Source: Octopus vulgaris
Taxonomy: Eukaryota
Assembly (NCBI GenBank): GCA_951406725.2
Contig: OX597820.1
Coordinates: 110,546,001-110,610,000 of the forward strand
Direction: 5' to 3'
DNA length: 64,000 nucleotides
Below, one piece after another: positions 40,834 to 53,716 of this stretch (position 1 is its first letter; every line of letters starts with the position of its first letter). The notes beneath the pieces are model-generated. The model saw only the letters and a program-made list of their open reading frames with translations. It was not told where the DNA came from and made no database searches. A program made the translations under genes and the position numbers.

Positions 40834-41589
40834 CTTGGGGAAATTTCGAACCTGGGTTCTCATTCTTAAGGTATTTTTCGATGTTGTTGTTATTATTACT
40901 ATTATTATTCAGGTCACTGCCTGGAATCGAACTCGGAATCTTGGGGTTAGTAGCCCACACTCTTAACCACCATGCCATATGCCTATAGGCATTAAGAATA
41001 TACCAAAAAAATTTTTTTATGAGTAGTGGGTGCACATAAGTATACAAAATAATTCATATATAATATCATATAAAAAAAATATAAGGGAAAAAAATTTGTT
41101 AGTATATACTAATACATTAGAAGAGAACGTATCTGCAAATTAGTATACATAGGTATAGGTATTCTAGTTGATTTTTTACACAGATATAGGTATTCAAGTT
41201 GTTTTATTTGAGGGTGTACATGAAAGAAGGAACAGCGTACAAAAAATAAATAAATAAATAAATATACTCATACTGGTGCAAAGAGAGAGAGAAAAAACCC
41301 CACACATAAAAAATTTTTTATATATACACACACACACACATATATATTTATATGTATGTATATATAGTGGTAAATATATATGTGTGTGTGTGTGTGTATG
41401 TGTGGAACATGTATATGTATTAAAAATACATATTAGTGGTAACATTTAGCACATAATATAAGCACATAAGAAGAAGAAGAAAAATCTGACATAGAAAGGC
41501 TATATATACAACGTATAGAAGGTGGTAGAGGCCTTATACAGCTGGAAAACTACAATAAAATAACCACCATAGGACTGCAAAAATATCTA

Positions 41590-42648
41590 CTTCAGAAGGA
41601 AGGAAAACTGATACAAATAGTGGCAAAACACGAGCAAAACAAAAAACTGTTCTCAGTATTTAAGGAAGCTGACAAATACAAACAAGAAATCATGCCACCT
41701 AACAAATATGAAGAAGAAGATGAAGAAACAACAAAAGCTATAAAACAAATGAAATCTAAACTAAAACTAGAACAGCAACGAACCATGATAAAATGATGGC
41801 AAGAAAAGCCCCTTCATGGCAAATACTGGACTAAACTAAACGCAAAAGAAATAGACAAAGAAAAATCCCAGCAATGGTTGAGAAGCTCAGGACTCAAAGC
41901 AGAGACAGAGGGATTTTTAATTGCAGCACAAGACCAAAGCCTCCCCACCAGAAATTACCAAAAACACGTAATGAAAAGAAATATAACAAGTAACTGCAGA
42001 ATATGTGGAGATGGACAAGAAACAATAAATCATATTATCTCTGGCTGCCCAGTCCTGGCTAAGAAGGAATATATTCACAGACACAACAGAGTTGGGACCT
42101 ACATACACTGGAAGCTATGCCAACATTACAGAATAACAACAGAAAAAAGATGGTATAGGCACACACCAGAAAAGGTCACAGAAAACGAGAAAGCAACCAT
42201 ACTCTGGGATATGCCGATACACACAGATAGAGAAATTAAGGCCAACAGAGCAGATATAGTTGTCAGGGATCATGAAGAAAAAAATGCTTTCTAATTGATG
42301 TATCAATACCAGCAGATGACAACGTGTCTCTAAAAGAAATGGAGAAACTTTCAAAATACAAAGACCTGGAAATAGAGGTAACCAGAATGTGGAATCTAAA
42401 AACAGAAGCAATTCCTGTCATAGTAGATGCATTAGGCATGATAAAAAAATATTTAGACAAATACATACCAAAACTTACAAACACATATAACATACAGAAA
42501 ATTGCACTACTAGACACTGCACACATCCTATGCAGAACACTTTCCATACAATAACCATCAGAGCATCACAACAAATCACAGCACATACCCAAGGCACACA
42601 GAGCTGCGCTCGGTAGTGAAGTGAAAGCACGCTATAAAAATAAAACTA

Positions 42649-42697
<49 letters not shown>
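41590..42697 (+). mobile_element. 5'-truncated R4/Dong-like LINE with an (AAT)n tail
   Basis: CRICGDGQETINHIISGC, RHNRV, NRADIV, IDVSIP and EKLSKY (restriction-like endonuclease), then 3'UTR and (AAT)n. Confidence 0.85.
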
Positions 42698-42939
42698 GAT
42701 ATACACACACAATGACAAATAGGACTAATATACAGAAATGCACACATGGTTGTAGGCAAGTTGGACACCAAGAGGTATTATATGTGTTTGCATATATCAG
42801 GCATAAAATGTAATTAAATATCAGGTAGATTGGCAAGTAGCATAAAACAGTATTAACATAGGTAAGTGGAAGAGGTTTTTTGTTAAGGACATATTATGCA
42901 AATAAAATAAATTTTAAAAAATTAATAATTAATAAAAAC

Positions 42940-43600
42940 TTTTAAAACTCCAAATATGCTAAAATATTTAATAATAAAAAAATCAGATTTGGATTTTCAG
43001 TCTCTTCAAACCATTTTAGGATAATCTCTTTTAACAATAAGAAACTGGACGTACTCTATAACAAAAAAACTTCACCAAATATACCTAGCAACTCCAATAA
43101 TTCTATGACTAACAACTACTATTATAATAACAACCAAAACTCCATTATCTCTAATAAATATAGACATAACAACATAGTACCACTCAATAATTTAAATTGT
43201 GAAGTAGATAGAAATTGCAAAATGAAAGAAGTAGTATACCAAGCAATCATTATTACTCATAACTCCTAAATTTATATACATTGGTTGCACAAAAAATTCT
43301 ATAAAATCACAAATCAATAATCACAGATCTTCATTTAATGACCCTAGAAAAGAGAATAATACAGGTCTATCTAAAAAAATTTGGCAACTCAAAAGAAACA
43401 ATATTGATTACTCAATATCTTAGAAAATCCCTATCTTCTGCTCCCTCTTATAGATATAATAACAAAATTTGTAGGTTATGTTTGGGAGAAAGCTACAATA
43501 TGAGAATGAATGGACATCTGGTTAATACTAGGGATGAAAAGTTTTTTTCATGTAAACACATGAGCAAATACCTTTCTATTAAGCTCAAATAATTCTTACC
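42940..43600 (+). pseudogene. Penelope-like GIY-YIG endonuclease remnant
   Basis: VVYQA...YIGCT...NHRSSF...LSKKIWQLK...CRLCLGE across frames. Confidence 0.65.
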
Positions 43601-43929
43601 CAACCCCTTGAATTTTTTACTAACATTCCTATTTCTAATATCTTGATCTTTTAAAAAATATCTCTATACATTAACTCTTTCTATGGAATTCGATTACTCA
43701 TCACATCCTCTGCACATCATATTATCTTACACTATATTGTGATATATATTTGTTTGACTCTTCCCTCTAATAATTACATGACCCACATTTTCTCCAAATC
43801 TCCTGACACCTCCCTTTCTTTCAATATATTTTCTATAATTTCCTTTAGTATATAATATACCTATATTTTTTGTAATTCAATTTATTTGCATAATAATAAA
43901 ATTAACAATAACATTAAACACCAGGAATG

Positions 43930-44860
43930 TACAAAAAAAAGACTTCCTCATATACCGAGGAGGGGGGATCTCTAGAAGTAGTAGATAGTTTCCGTTAATT
44001 AGGCAACCAAATTAGTAGTTGGGGTGATTGTTCCAAAAGCATAGCTGCTAGAATAAGAATAGACTGGGTGAAATTCAGAGAGCTACTACCTCGTTAATAA
44101 TGAAGGGCCTCTCTCTTAGAATCAAAGGCAGATTGTATGAAGCCTGTGTACAAACAGCTATGCTACATGGCAGTGAGACATGAGCTGTGATTATTGAGGA
44201 AATGTGAAGACTTGAAAGAAATGAAGCTAGTATGCTTCGCTGGATGGGTAATGTCAGTGTGCATATACAACAGAATGTAAGTGATCTGAGAGAAAAACTG
44301 GGTATAATCAGAATCAGATGTAGTGTGCAAGAGAGAAGACTGCGCTGGTATGGCCATGTAATGCATATGAATGAAGACAATTGCATCAAAAGGTCATTAT
44401 CTCTAATTGTAGAGGAAACATGTGGAACAGGCAGACTCAAGAAGAAGTGGGATGAAGTGGTGAGAAAGGATCTACAGGTGTTGGGACTCACAGCAAGGAT
44501 GACAGAGGATTAAGACACCTGGTGGCTTGCTGTGCTAGAAAAGACATCAAGCTAAGTAAAAGTGTGGTTGCCCTTGCATACAGCCTTGTCCCCTGCAACC
44601 TTCCCAGTTGAGCATCTCTAATCTTGAGGGCTCATAGGTGCTGGTGGCATGTAAAAAGCACCTGTGTTGGTGCTGCATAAAAGCACCCAGTACACTTTGT
44701 AAAGTGGCTGGCATTGGGAAGGGTATCCAGCTGTAGAGACCATGCCAAAATAGGCATGAAACCTGAACAGCCCTTCAGCTGGTTAGCTTCTGTCAAACCA
44801 TCGAACCCATGCCAGCATGGAGAACAGACGTTAAATGATGATATAATGATGATGGCGATG
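43930..44860 (+). mobile_element. RTE 3' fragment
   Basis: MLRWMGNVS...LRWYGHV, 3'UTR and GAT tail. Confidence 0.85.
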
Positions 44861-45400
44861 ATATGTATATGTGTGTATGTATACATGTGCGCATGTGTAT
44901 GAAAGTTGATATTCCACAGCAGTCAGTACTTGAGTGAAACTTAGTTTTATGATGTTTACATCCCTTGTTGATATTAAACTGGTTACTTTGCCCTTTTGTA
45001 GATTGAGGAATAAAAAAATAAATCACCGACCTAGGGTAGTGAATTGATGGAACTGTTAGAGTACCAGGCAAGATACGTTGTGGTATCTGTTGTAGCCCTT
45101 GTGTTTCGATAGCAACTACTGTGACAACAGTAGTTGTAGCAACCCAAAAGCAGTGACAATTCTGTTGGGAGGAGTGGAGACTTGCTAGTGTAGGCAACTG
45201 CTAATCTTCAAATATAGAAAAAAAAAAATTTTTTTTAAAACTTGCTTAAGCCTGTGCACACAGACATAATGTTAACCCAGAGGAGACCTAATCTGGCTTT
45301 GGGGTTAAGAAGCCACATAACTGAACTTAATTCCTCTGGTTAGGAATTCAAATTTATTTTCCAATCTAAAAATCTGTAGTCAACAAATGACAAGCAGTAC

Positions 45401-45516
45401 CTTCTGTGTGGAGAGCGACTTCTGTTTCTTCTCCCTCGTGGGGATGGGCTTCTGTAACTTTTATCTTCTTTGTGACTCCCTCGTTTCCTTTCTGGTGTTG
45501 GACTACGGCGAGGCTC
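45401..45516 (-). CDS. PRPF38A: PRP38A RS-domain exon (116 nt)
   Basis: ttcag|GAG...AG|gtactg; EPRRSPTPERKRGSHKEDKSYRSPSPRGRRNRSRSPHR; phase 0 to 2. Confidence 0.88.
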
Positions 45517-46289
45517 CTGAATTCACAAAAACGACAATGCATTTTTATTCCTGTTTTGTAAGCATGGAGGGCATGAAGGGAAGGTTGTATTAAACATAAC
45601 TAATATGGCTGAGGATGACTAGTAGCCTGGCCCAGTAGGAGATCCAAGCTGTAACAGCTAGAGGGAGAGAGATCTGCACAAGCACTATGCTGTATGTTAT
45701 TTAAGAAGCAAGAGATGATACAGGTGGTGGATCAAGAGGGGATAGCGACAGATGGAGGTAGAGCAGAAGGTAGAGAGTGATGGACAGGAATGGAGGTGCA
45801 GTTTGATGGGAAATATCAATATGGGAGGGGGAAAGAAGAAAGAGATAAGAGTGGCTCAGGGATGATAGTTCGGGGAGAGACGATGAGCAAGGTATAGGAA
45901 CAGTGGGGAGGGAGATGTAGAGGTACGTAAGGGGTAGCTATAGTGAATAGGCATAGTGAAGGTCATAAGAGGGCACTGGGAATGATAGTAGATTCAAGAT
46001 GAAGATGGCAGAAGAAAAGAAGAGGAGGAATAGCATGTGAGAAAGGATGATAATAAGAATGAAAGCTGGAAGTGGAGAGAAGGAAGGAACTGGCAGTACA
46101 AAAAACTAGGGGATGTAATGTGTGTCAAGGAGGGGTGGTTTTTGGGTGAAAGGAGCAGGGAGATGAGATGTGGTGAATGCTTGAAGAAGTATGAGTGTAG
46201 GGACAGCACTCAGCATATGGGGAAAGGAGGATGAGTAAGGAGATGAGATGTGAAGGTGGTATGGGTGTAGGGACAAGGTCCAGCACATA

Positions 46290-47582
46290 CAAGCATAGGC
46301 AAAATTTTTTAGAACCTCATATTTGCTCTTATGATTGGGTCTTCTCAAACACGGCAAATCACAAATCAGCTTGGTTCTTTGTTATTGCATCCATGAAGCT
46401 CTGCATTTTTACTTCATTCCATGTCTTCCTGGGGTCTCCCTCTTCTAGAACATCCAACCACTTTAAGCAACTAGTATTTCTTTACTCAGCTGTCTTCATT
46501 CAAACACATCACATGACCAAATCAATGCAGTCTTCTCTTTTGCACACTACATCTGATTGTGCATAATTTCTCTCTCAGTACATTAGCACTTTGTCACACA
46601 AGCACACTGACATTGCACATCACTTGGAGAATACTAGTTTCATTCCTCTAGTTTCCACATGCCCTTTCTATTCAGATACTACATCTCATGACCACAGAGC
46701 ATTGTTGTACATACACAAGTATCATACAATCTACCATTCACTTAGAGCAAGAGAAAGATGTTTGTTGCCAACCAGGATAATAGCTCTCTGAACTTCCTCC
46801 ATCCTATTCTTATTCTAGCAATGAGAACTGTTAGAACATCCCCCATCACTGCTAATTATATTACCCAGGTACAGAAACTATCAACCACCTCCAGGGTATT
46901 TGAGGAAATCTATTTCCCATGTTTTCTTAGTATTTATTGCTCTTGTGCATCATCCACATATAGTCTACATTATCCATTAGCTTTCCTGTTATTCCACCGC
47001 ACCACTTATGTGTCCATAGTTTGCGCTGGGTACACTATATGGGGTTCTTGCCAACACCTTTCCTACATATTGAGCAGGGCTATTGACCTGAAGGGGATAG
47101 AGACCAGTCTGATTTCCTGCTTACTAGAATTTGGGTCTTTGTTAAGTTAACTTTAAGGCCCTTTAATTCTGGAATTTCTTTTCGAATTCTGTTACAGATT
47201 CTAGTATAAGAGAGATCATCACCATATAGTTATTCCCAGGGGCAACCTGTCTTAAATTCCTTTCTCCTCCATTATGGCCTAGAGGACAATAATGAATAGG
47301 AAGGGACTGAGAATTGAGGCCTGATGAATTTCTACTTGTATTCTAAATTCATTACTGAACTTGTTAACTCTTACTTTACTGACTGCACCCATGTATATGG
47401 CTTGTTCTAGGCTGTATCCCACTCTGCCAGATACTTTAAGTATCTCAGTGGTAATTCTTGATGGACTTGTTGTCTTACCCTTAATTGCCCTATCTATCAT
47501 TAACTAGGATAGCTGATCCCTCTCTCTATTGGGTCAATGTTAGAGAGACTCCCTTGCTCTCATGCCATTTCCACATTTAACC
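46290..47582 (-). pseudogene. Older RTE copy, opposite orientation
   Basis: LSPFLFIIVL, a CPWE-type motif and C-terminal RTE sequence on the minus strand. Confidence 0.75.
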
Positions 47583-50456
47583 TTCCCAGGCGAAGAATTT
47601 ACCTCACAACATAGACTGGTAGTTAATGACTTTAGGATCAGGACTAAGAGAATGACCAGAAGACGACCAACGTGGAGAAGAAGGATCTGGAAGCTTAAAG
47701 ATCCTGCGAATGGACAGAGACTTAGGGACATATTACTTGAAGCCTTTGACGAAGTAGAAGGGGATATAGCTTCACATGGGGTAGAAGACAACTGGAGGTC
47801 TCTAAGGGACAACCTGCTGAGAGCCATTGACCAGATCTGTGGCTGGTGCAAAGTCGCCTCTCGACCCAAAATAACGTGGTGGTGGAACAATGTTGTAGAC
47901 AGGGCTATTAGAGAAAAGAGACAGGCTTGGAAGGACTGGGAAAATGGTGGTAGCAGGGAGTTGTATTAGACTGCCAAAAGAGAAGCTAGGAGACAGGTTT
48001 ATTTAGCCAGAGGGGAAGCAGATAAGAAAAAATTTGCCAATGTTCTGCGCCGTGAGGACCAAAGACTTGAGGTATTGTTGCAAGACTGTTGCAAGACAGT
48101 GTGTGAGAGAGAATCGTGATGTGGTAGGAGAGAAATGTATTCGCATGGATGATGGCTCACTTGCGCTGAATGAGGATGCAAAGAGAGAGGTATGGAGACA
48201 CCATTATGAGAGGCTGCTAAATAAAGAAAATGAATGGGATAAAGAGAGTCTGCCGAATGTCGACCCAACAGAGGGACCAGCTATCCGAGTTGACAGTTCC
48301 TTAGTAGTTAAAGCAATTAGAAGCATGAAGACAGGGAAAGCCCCAGGCCCATCAGGAATTACTGCAGAGATGCTTAAAATATCTGGTAGTGTCGGCTATA
48401 GCCTAGTCACCCGTATAGTTAACCAGGTGATATACGAAGGAGTCATATCCAATGACTGGTGTAGCAGCACCATAGTCAACTGTTACAAAGGTAAAGGTGA
48501 CGCTTTAGATACAAATAATTACAGAGGTATCAAGCTTTTGGATCAGGTAATGAAGGTTACGGAGAGGATCATAGCCCAACTTATTAGGGAGAGAGTCAGC
48601 TTGGATGAGATGCAGTTTGGTTTCATGCCAGGGAAAAGCACCTACGATGCCATATTTCTGGTGAGACAGCTGCAGGAGAAATACCTAGCTAAAGATAAAC
48701 CCCTATACTTAGCTTTTGTGAACTTGGAGAAAGCCTTTGACAGGGTCCCCTGATCCCTTATCTGGTGGGCGATGCAGAAACTGGAGATTGACGAATGGTT
48801 AATAAGGGCTGTACAGCCCCTTTACAGAGAGGCTGTTAGTAAGGTTAGGATTGGCAATGAGTATAGTGAAGAATTCCTGGTAGAAGTAGGCGTCCACCAA
48901 GGTTCAGCCCTCAGTCCCCTTTTATTCATCATAGTCCTCCAGGCAATAACAGAGGAATAACGGGTTGCCTCTAGGAGCTTCTGTAAGGCGATAACGGAGG
49001 AATTCAAGACAGGATGCCCCTGGGAGCTCCTATATGCTGATGACCTTGCTCTAATTGCTGAGTCACTATCAGAACTAGAGGCAAAGTTTCAAGTGTGGAG
49101 ACAAGGATTAGAATCGAAGGGCCTTAAAATCAACCTAGCTAAAACCAAAGTCCTAATATGTAGGAAGGCAGACAAATCACAAACACCTTCAGGTAGATGG
49201 CCCTGCTCGATCTGTAGAAAAGGCGTAGGTAGAAACTCTATAAGATGCACCAAGTGTAAACTATGGACACATAAGAGGTGCAGCAATATCAAAGGAAGGT
49301 TAACTAGGAAGATAGTTTTTGTATGTGGCAGTTGCTCAGGAGCAATAAACACTGAAAATGCTCAGAGACCAACTTCTGCTACATTCCAGGGAGAAAAACT
49401 AGAAATTGTTGATAGCTTCTGTTACCTAGGTGACCAAGCCAGTAGCGGGGGCGGGTGTGCTGAAAGTGTAACTGCTAGAGTTAGAATAGCCTGGGCAAAG
49501 TTCAGAGAGCTATTACCTCTGCTGGTGACAAAAGGCCTCTCGCTCAGAATAAAAGGCAGACTGTATGACACATGTGTATGAACAGCCATGCTACATGGCA
49601 GTGAAACTTGGGCCGTGACTGCTGAAGACATGCGTAAGCTCGCAAGAAATGAAGCCAGTATGCTCCGATGGATGTGTAATGTCAGTGTTCATACTCGACA
49701 GAGTGTAAGTACCCTGAGAGAAAAGTTGGACCTAAGAAGCATCAGTTGTGGTGTGCAAGAGAGACATTTGCGCTGGTATGGTCATGTAGCGAGAATGGAT
49801 GAGGATAGTTGTGTGAAAAAGTGCCACACCCTAGCGGTTGAGGGAACCTGTGGAAGAGGTAGACCCAGGAAAACCTGGGACGAGGTGGTGAAGCACGACC
49901 TTCGAACATTAGGTCTCACCGAGGAAATGACCAGAGACCGAAACCTTTGGAAGTATGCTGTGCGTGGGAAGACCCGGCAGGACAAGTGAGACCATAACCC
50001 GTGGCCTCTACCTGGGACGTAGCCAGTCCAATTATGCATACCTTTCCTTCTTATGACACAAACCCTACTTGTGTAGACCTGTTGAGGCAAGTGAAAATCA
50101 AAATCGAAATCGATCAACATCAATGGAAATTGTAGCAGTGATACCAGTGCCGATGGCACGTAAGAGAACCATCCGAACGTGGCCGTTGCCAGTGCTGCCC
50201 CGACTGGCCTCCGTGCCGGTGGCACGTAAAATGCACCATCCGATTGTGGCCGTTTGCCAGCCTTGTCTGGCACCTGTGCAGGTGGCACGTAAAAAGCACC
50301 CACTACACAAACGGAGTGGTTGGCGTTAGGAAGGGCATCCAGCTGTAGAAACACTGCCAGATCAGACTGGGCCTGGCGCAGCCTTCTGGCTTCCCAGACC
50401 CCAGTTGAACTGTCCAACCCATGCTAGCATGGAAAACGGACGTTAAACGATGATGA
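47583..50456 (+). mobile_element. 5'-truncated RTE LINE (copy A)
   Basis: KAPGPSG, NYRGIKLL, QFGF, LEKAFDRVP, GVHQGS, LLYADD, PHD-like insert, 3'UTR and GAT tail. Confidence 0.95.
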
Positions 50457-51329
50457 ATAGTCTTAAAATCAAAAAATTAAGTTAGGGAAATTCTTCTTTG
50501 TGAATAAAAATACCAGACTTCTGTAACTGTTTTCACAGGATTTTTACAGCTGGATACCCTTCCTAACACCAATCACTCAGCAGAGTGGACTGAGTGCTTT
50601 TCACATGGCACAAGCACAGGAGAGGTCAGTTTAGGCAAAGTTTTTACAGCTGGATGCCCTTCTGAACACGAACCACTTTACAATGTGGACTGGGTGCTTT
50701 TAAGTAGCACCTGCACTGACAGGGTCACCAAGTACTTGCAAGAAAAAAATAGAAACTCTTTTGAGAGGAGAGGGGGCATTGGAGAAGGTGATCTTGTATC
50801 AGATGTTGAAAGGTTATAGTGAGGCAGAGAGACAGAAACAGGTGTCTTGCTGTAGAAGATGTACAAGGTTACCCAGCTAGGGAGAAAGAGATCAGGAATG
50901 AAGACAGAAACAGGTGTGCTACCGCAAAGGAAATACATGGTTACCCAACCTGAGGGAAGTGCAGGAGAGAGAGAGAGAGAGAAACGGCAGGATAGAGATG
51001 GTGGCAAAGTGCCAGGCATACGCAATGATACAATGAGAGGAGCATAGGTAAAACACACAAGTCAGAACTAGCAGAGAGCAATGACACAGTGGCACAGGGC
51101 CAAGAGGACAGGATTGGGGAATGAAGTGGAAATGTGAGGAAGAGAAGAGATGTAAGTTGGTTTACTGTGGTAGAGTGTGTGAGAAATTTTTCGTGTTAAG
51201 TGTGGGTGGACTATTGGAAATGAATGACAATGCTTGTATGACAATGACACATTTACAAGTAACATACAATGTCAAGACAAGGACACACACACATACATAT
51301 ATATATATGTATACAACATGCTTCTTTCA

Positions 51330-51465
51330 GTTTTTGCCAACCATATCCACTCACAAGGCTTTGGGCAACTCGGAGCTATAGTAGAAGACACTTGCCCAAG
51401 ATACCAGACAGTGGGACTGAACCTGAAACCATGTAGTTGGAAACCAAACTTTTTAACCACTGAGG
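51330..51465 (-). mobile_element. tRNA-related SINE head
   Basis: GGTTCAGGTTCAGTCCC B-box-like motif followed by cttgggcaagtgtcttctactatagc. Confidence 0.65.
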
Positions 51466-51490
51466 CATGTCTATGTCTAAAAAGTGATAC

Positions 51491-51595
51491 TTTACAGCAT
51501 TTAGGTTTCTTAAATGTTCATCCATCTAAAGAACTAACAAGGCTGAATGTTGCTTAACTTTGGTGACTAGATGAGAACATGATATGGTTGTAAGC
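51491..51595 (-). pseudogene. 5S rRNA pseudogene
   Basis: GCTTACAACCATATCA...GTTCTCATCTAGTCACCAAAGTTAAGCAACATTCAGCCTTGTTAGTTCTTTAGATGGATGA...TGCTGTA follows the metazoan 5S sequence with a short internal deletion. Confidence 0.8.
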
Positions 51596-51638
51596 AACCA
51601 TATGTTATTTTTAGATAACAACTGAAACAATTACTTAC

Positions 51639-51740
51639 AATAATTTCTTCTTCTTCTGAAGACTCTACATCTTCAATGTCTTCCTCTAAAGCACTTATTC
51701 GTGGTTCTAATTGATTCGTATCTTCTAGCACACTCCTTTT
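51639..51740 (-). CDS. PRPF38A: PRP38A exon (102 nt)
   Basis: ttcacag|...|gtaagt; KRSVLEDTNQLEPRISALEEDIEDVESSEEEEII matches the PRP38A KRxVLE..LEPR.SALEED motif. Confidence 0.95.
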
Positions 51741-53389
51741 CTGTGAAATACAAATAACAATTCTGTCATGTATTTTTTCTCAAGTCAAGTTTCAAAACAT
51801 TATAATTTAGTCAATTCATTAATAAAACTTGCAATTGCTTACTTCATCAAAGGACAATTTCAATTTTCTACACAATTTAATGTCATCATTTACATCTACA
51901 TGAAAATTTTAATTTTCTTTGTAATAACATACCTCAGAGATTTAAATATAAAATTTATTCAGATTAATTTTAAAGTATCTTCAATTGTTGAATTTTTCCA
52001 TTTTTTTTTTTCGTGTATACATATGCAGCCATTGTATAAATTTTCATGTATATATATGCAGCCATTGGCCATTGGCACAATACAGCCACCTGACTCTTTT
52101 CCAGTTTGTCTTACTTTACTGTATGTAGGACATTCAGTTATAATAGGCAGACAGAGCATCCAGCCATAAAACCATTCCAACAAATAAAACAATTCAACAA
52201 TGAAGAATTCTAAAAAATTTTTTAACCCTTTAGTGTTCAGATTACTCTGTTAGATGTTCTATCTCATATAATTTTGTTAAGTTAATTACTCGTTTCTTCC
52301 CCTGTTTAATCTCGTCTTTATTATCATATCTCGTCCTTCTGTCCCAAACAAAACTTTGCTTACTCGTTTCTCCTCACTTCCCAGTCTGTTCAATTTAATT
52401 CTATCACCATATTTTTGTCTCTCTGTCCCCAAACTAAACTCACTTCCAGTTGCAGCTTATCTGTTTAAAAACTCTCGTCTCATGTCATCTCTTTCCATTC
52501 CTTCGCCAAACGATGTCTGAGAAGCTAAGCTAAAAGTCTTTCTCTCTCATTTTCCATTCTTGTATGCATTTGCCTTTAACACCTTAAATGTATTATTTAC
52601 TAACAGCTTGTTATTTTTCATGAGCTAACCATTGAAAATGTCCCCTCAAAATATAATTTTTAATTCTATCTCATAATTTCGTTAAGTTAATTACTTGTTT
52701 CTCCACCTTTTTAATCTCATCTTTATTACCATATCTCGTTCTTCTGTCCCCAAACAAAACTTTGTTTGTTCGTGGTGCACCAGCCCTTTCCCACCCCCAC
52801 CACCAATACCGGATATCTCTATCCTATTGTCCCACCATCTACACCAGATATCCCTTCTCCCATCACCATTACCGGTGTCTATTCTCACACATATTTCACT
52901 GACTATCTTAGGTTTCATTCTGTCGAGAAATTTGTTACCACCCCTTCCAGTTATCTCTTCTCCCAGTTCCCCCTCTTCACTGGTGCTGTTCCCTATATTC
53001 CTGCACTCTCTCTTATCTCTCTCCCTCATTTCTCTACTGGGACAAATGCAACCAGGTATCTGCCCACCTACTTAACCGGTTATCTTTCGTTCCATTTTCA
53101 TTCTGTATAGAAACACGTCAACTACTACCCAGGAATTTTCCTTGGCATTATGAAGTGAAGGAGAAGCTATTTGGTTGCCCATGTGTGCTTATTCCTGTGT
53201 GTGGGTGTGCTTGTGTATATATAGGAATGAGCTTGTTTCCTCTCTCTGTCTGAACCCTTTCCCGCTGGTGGTACTCTCCATTATTCCTGCAATTCCCCCC
53301 TGTACCCAGGCAAACATAACCAGTTTCAGCTGACTCCCTCCTAACTTAACATTGGAATATCCATATTTTGCTACCCCACTTGAATCTAC

Positions 53390-53577
53390 ATCATTCGATG
53401 ACCATAATGCTTATGCTTACAACACTGCTAACACCAGCTCCTACCTCCAGTAAGGGTAACAATCTTAACACGCCTGAATGCTTATCATTCGATGACCATA
53501 AAACTTATGCTTACAACACTGCTAACACCAGCTCCTACCTCCAGTAAGGGCAACAATCTTAACATGCCTGAATGCTT
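53390..53577. repeat. ~94-bp tandem duplication
   Basis: atcattcgatgaccataa...cctgaatgctt occurs twice head to tail. Confidence 0.9.
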
Positions 53578-53716
53578 GAATGTTGTCAGGTCGGAAGAGA
53601 GAACAGATGAAACATGCCTAACAAACGAACACCACCACAACAAATCTCTTCTTTTCAGGTGCTGAACAACATCCCTCCTCCCCAAACTTCACCCCACATT
53701 CCCTTCCCAGTTTTCA

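Noticed and set aside
45700-46280. Purine-rich short ORFs
   Set aside because: Low-complexity GA-rich sequence with no recognisable motifs or splice support.
52516-52540. Possible further hammerhead (ctgagaagctaagctaaaag)
   Set aside because: Too degenerate in both core segments to support.
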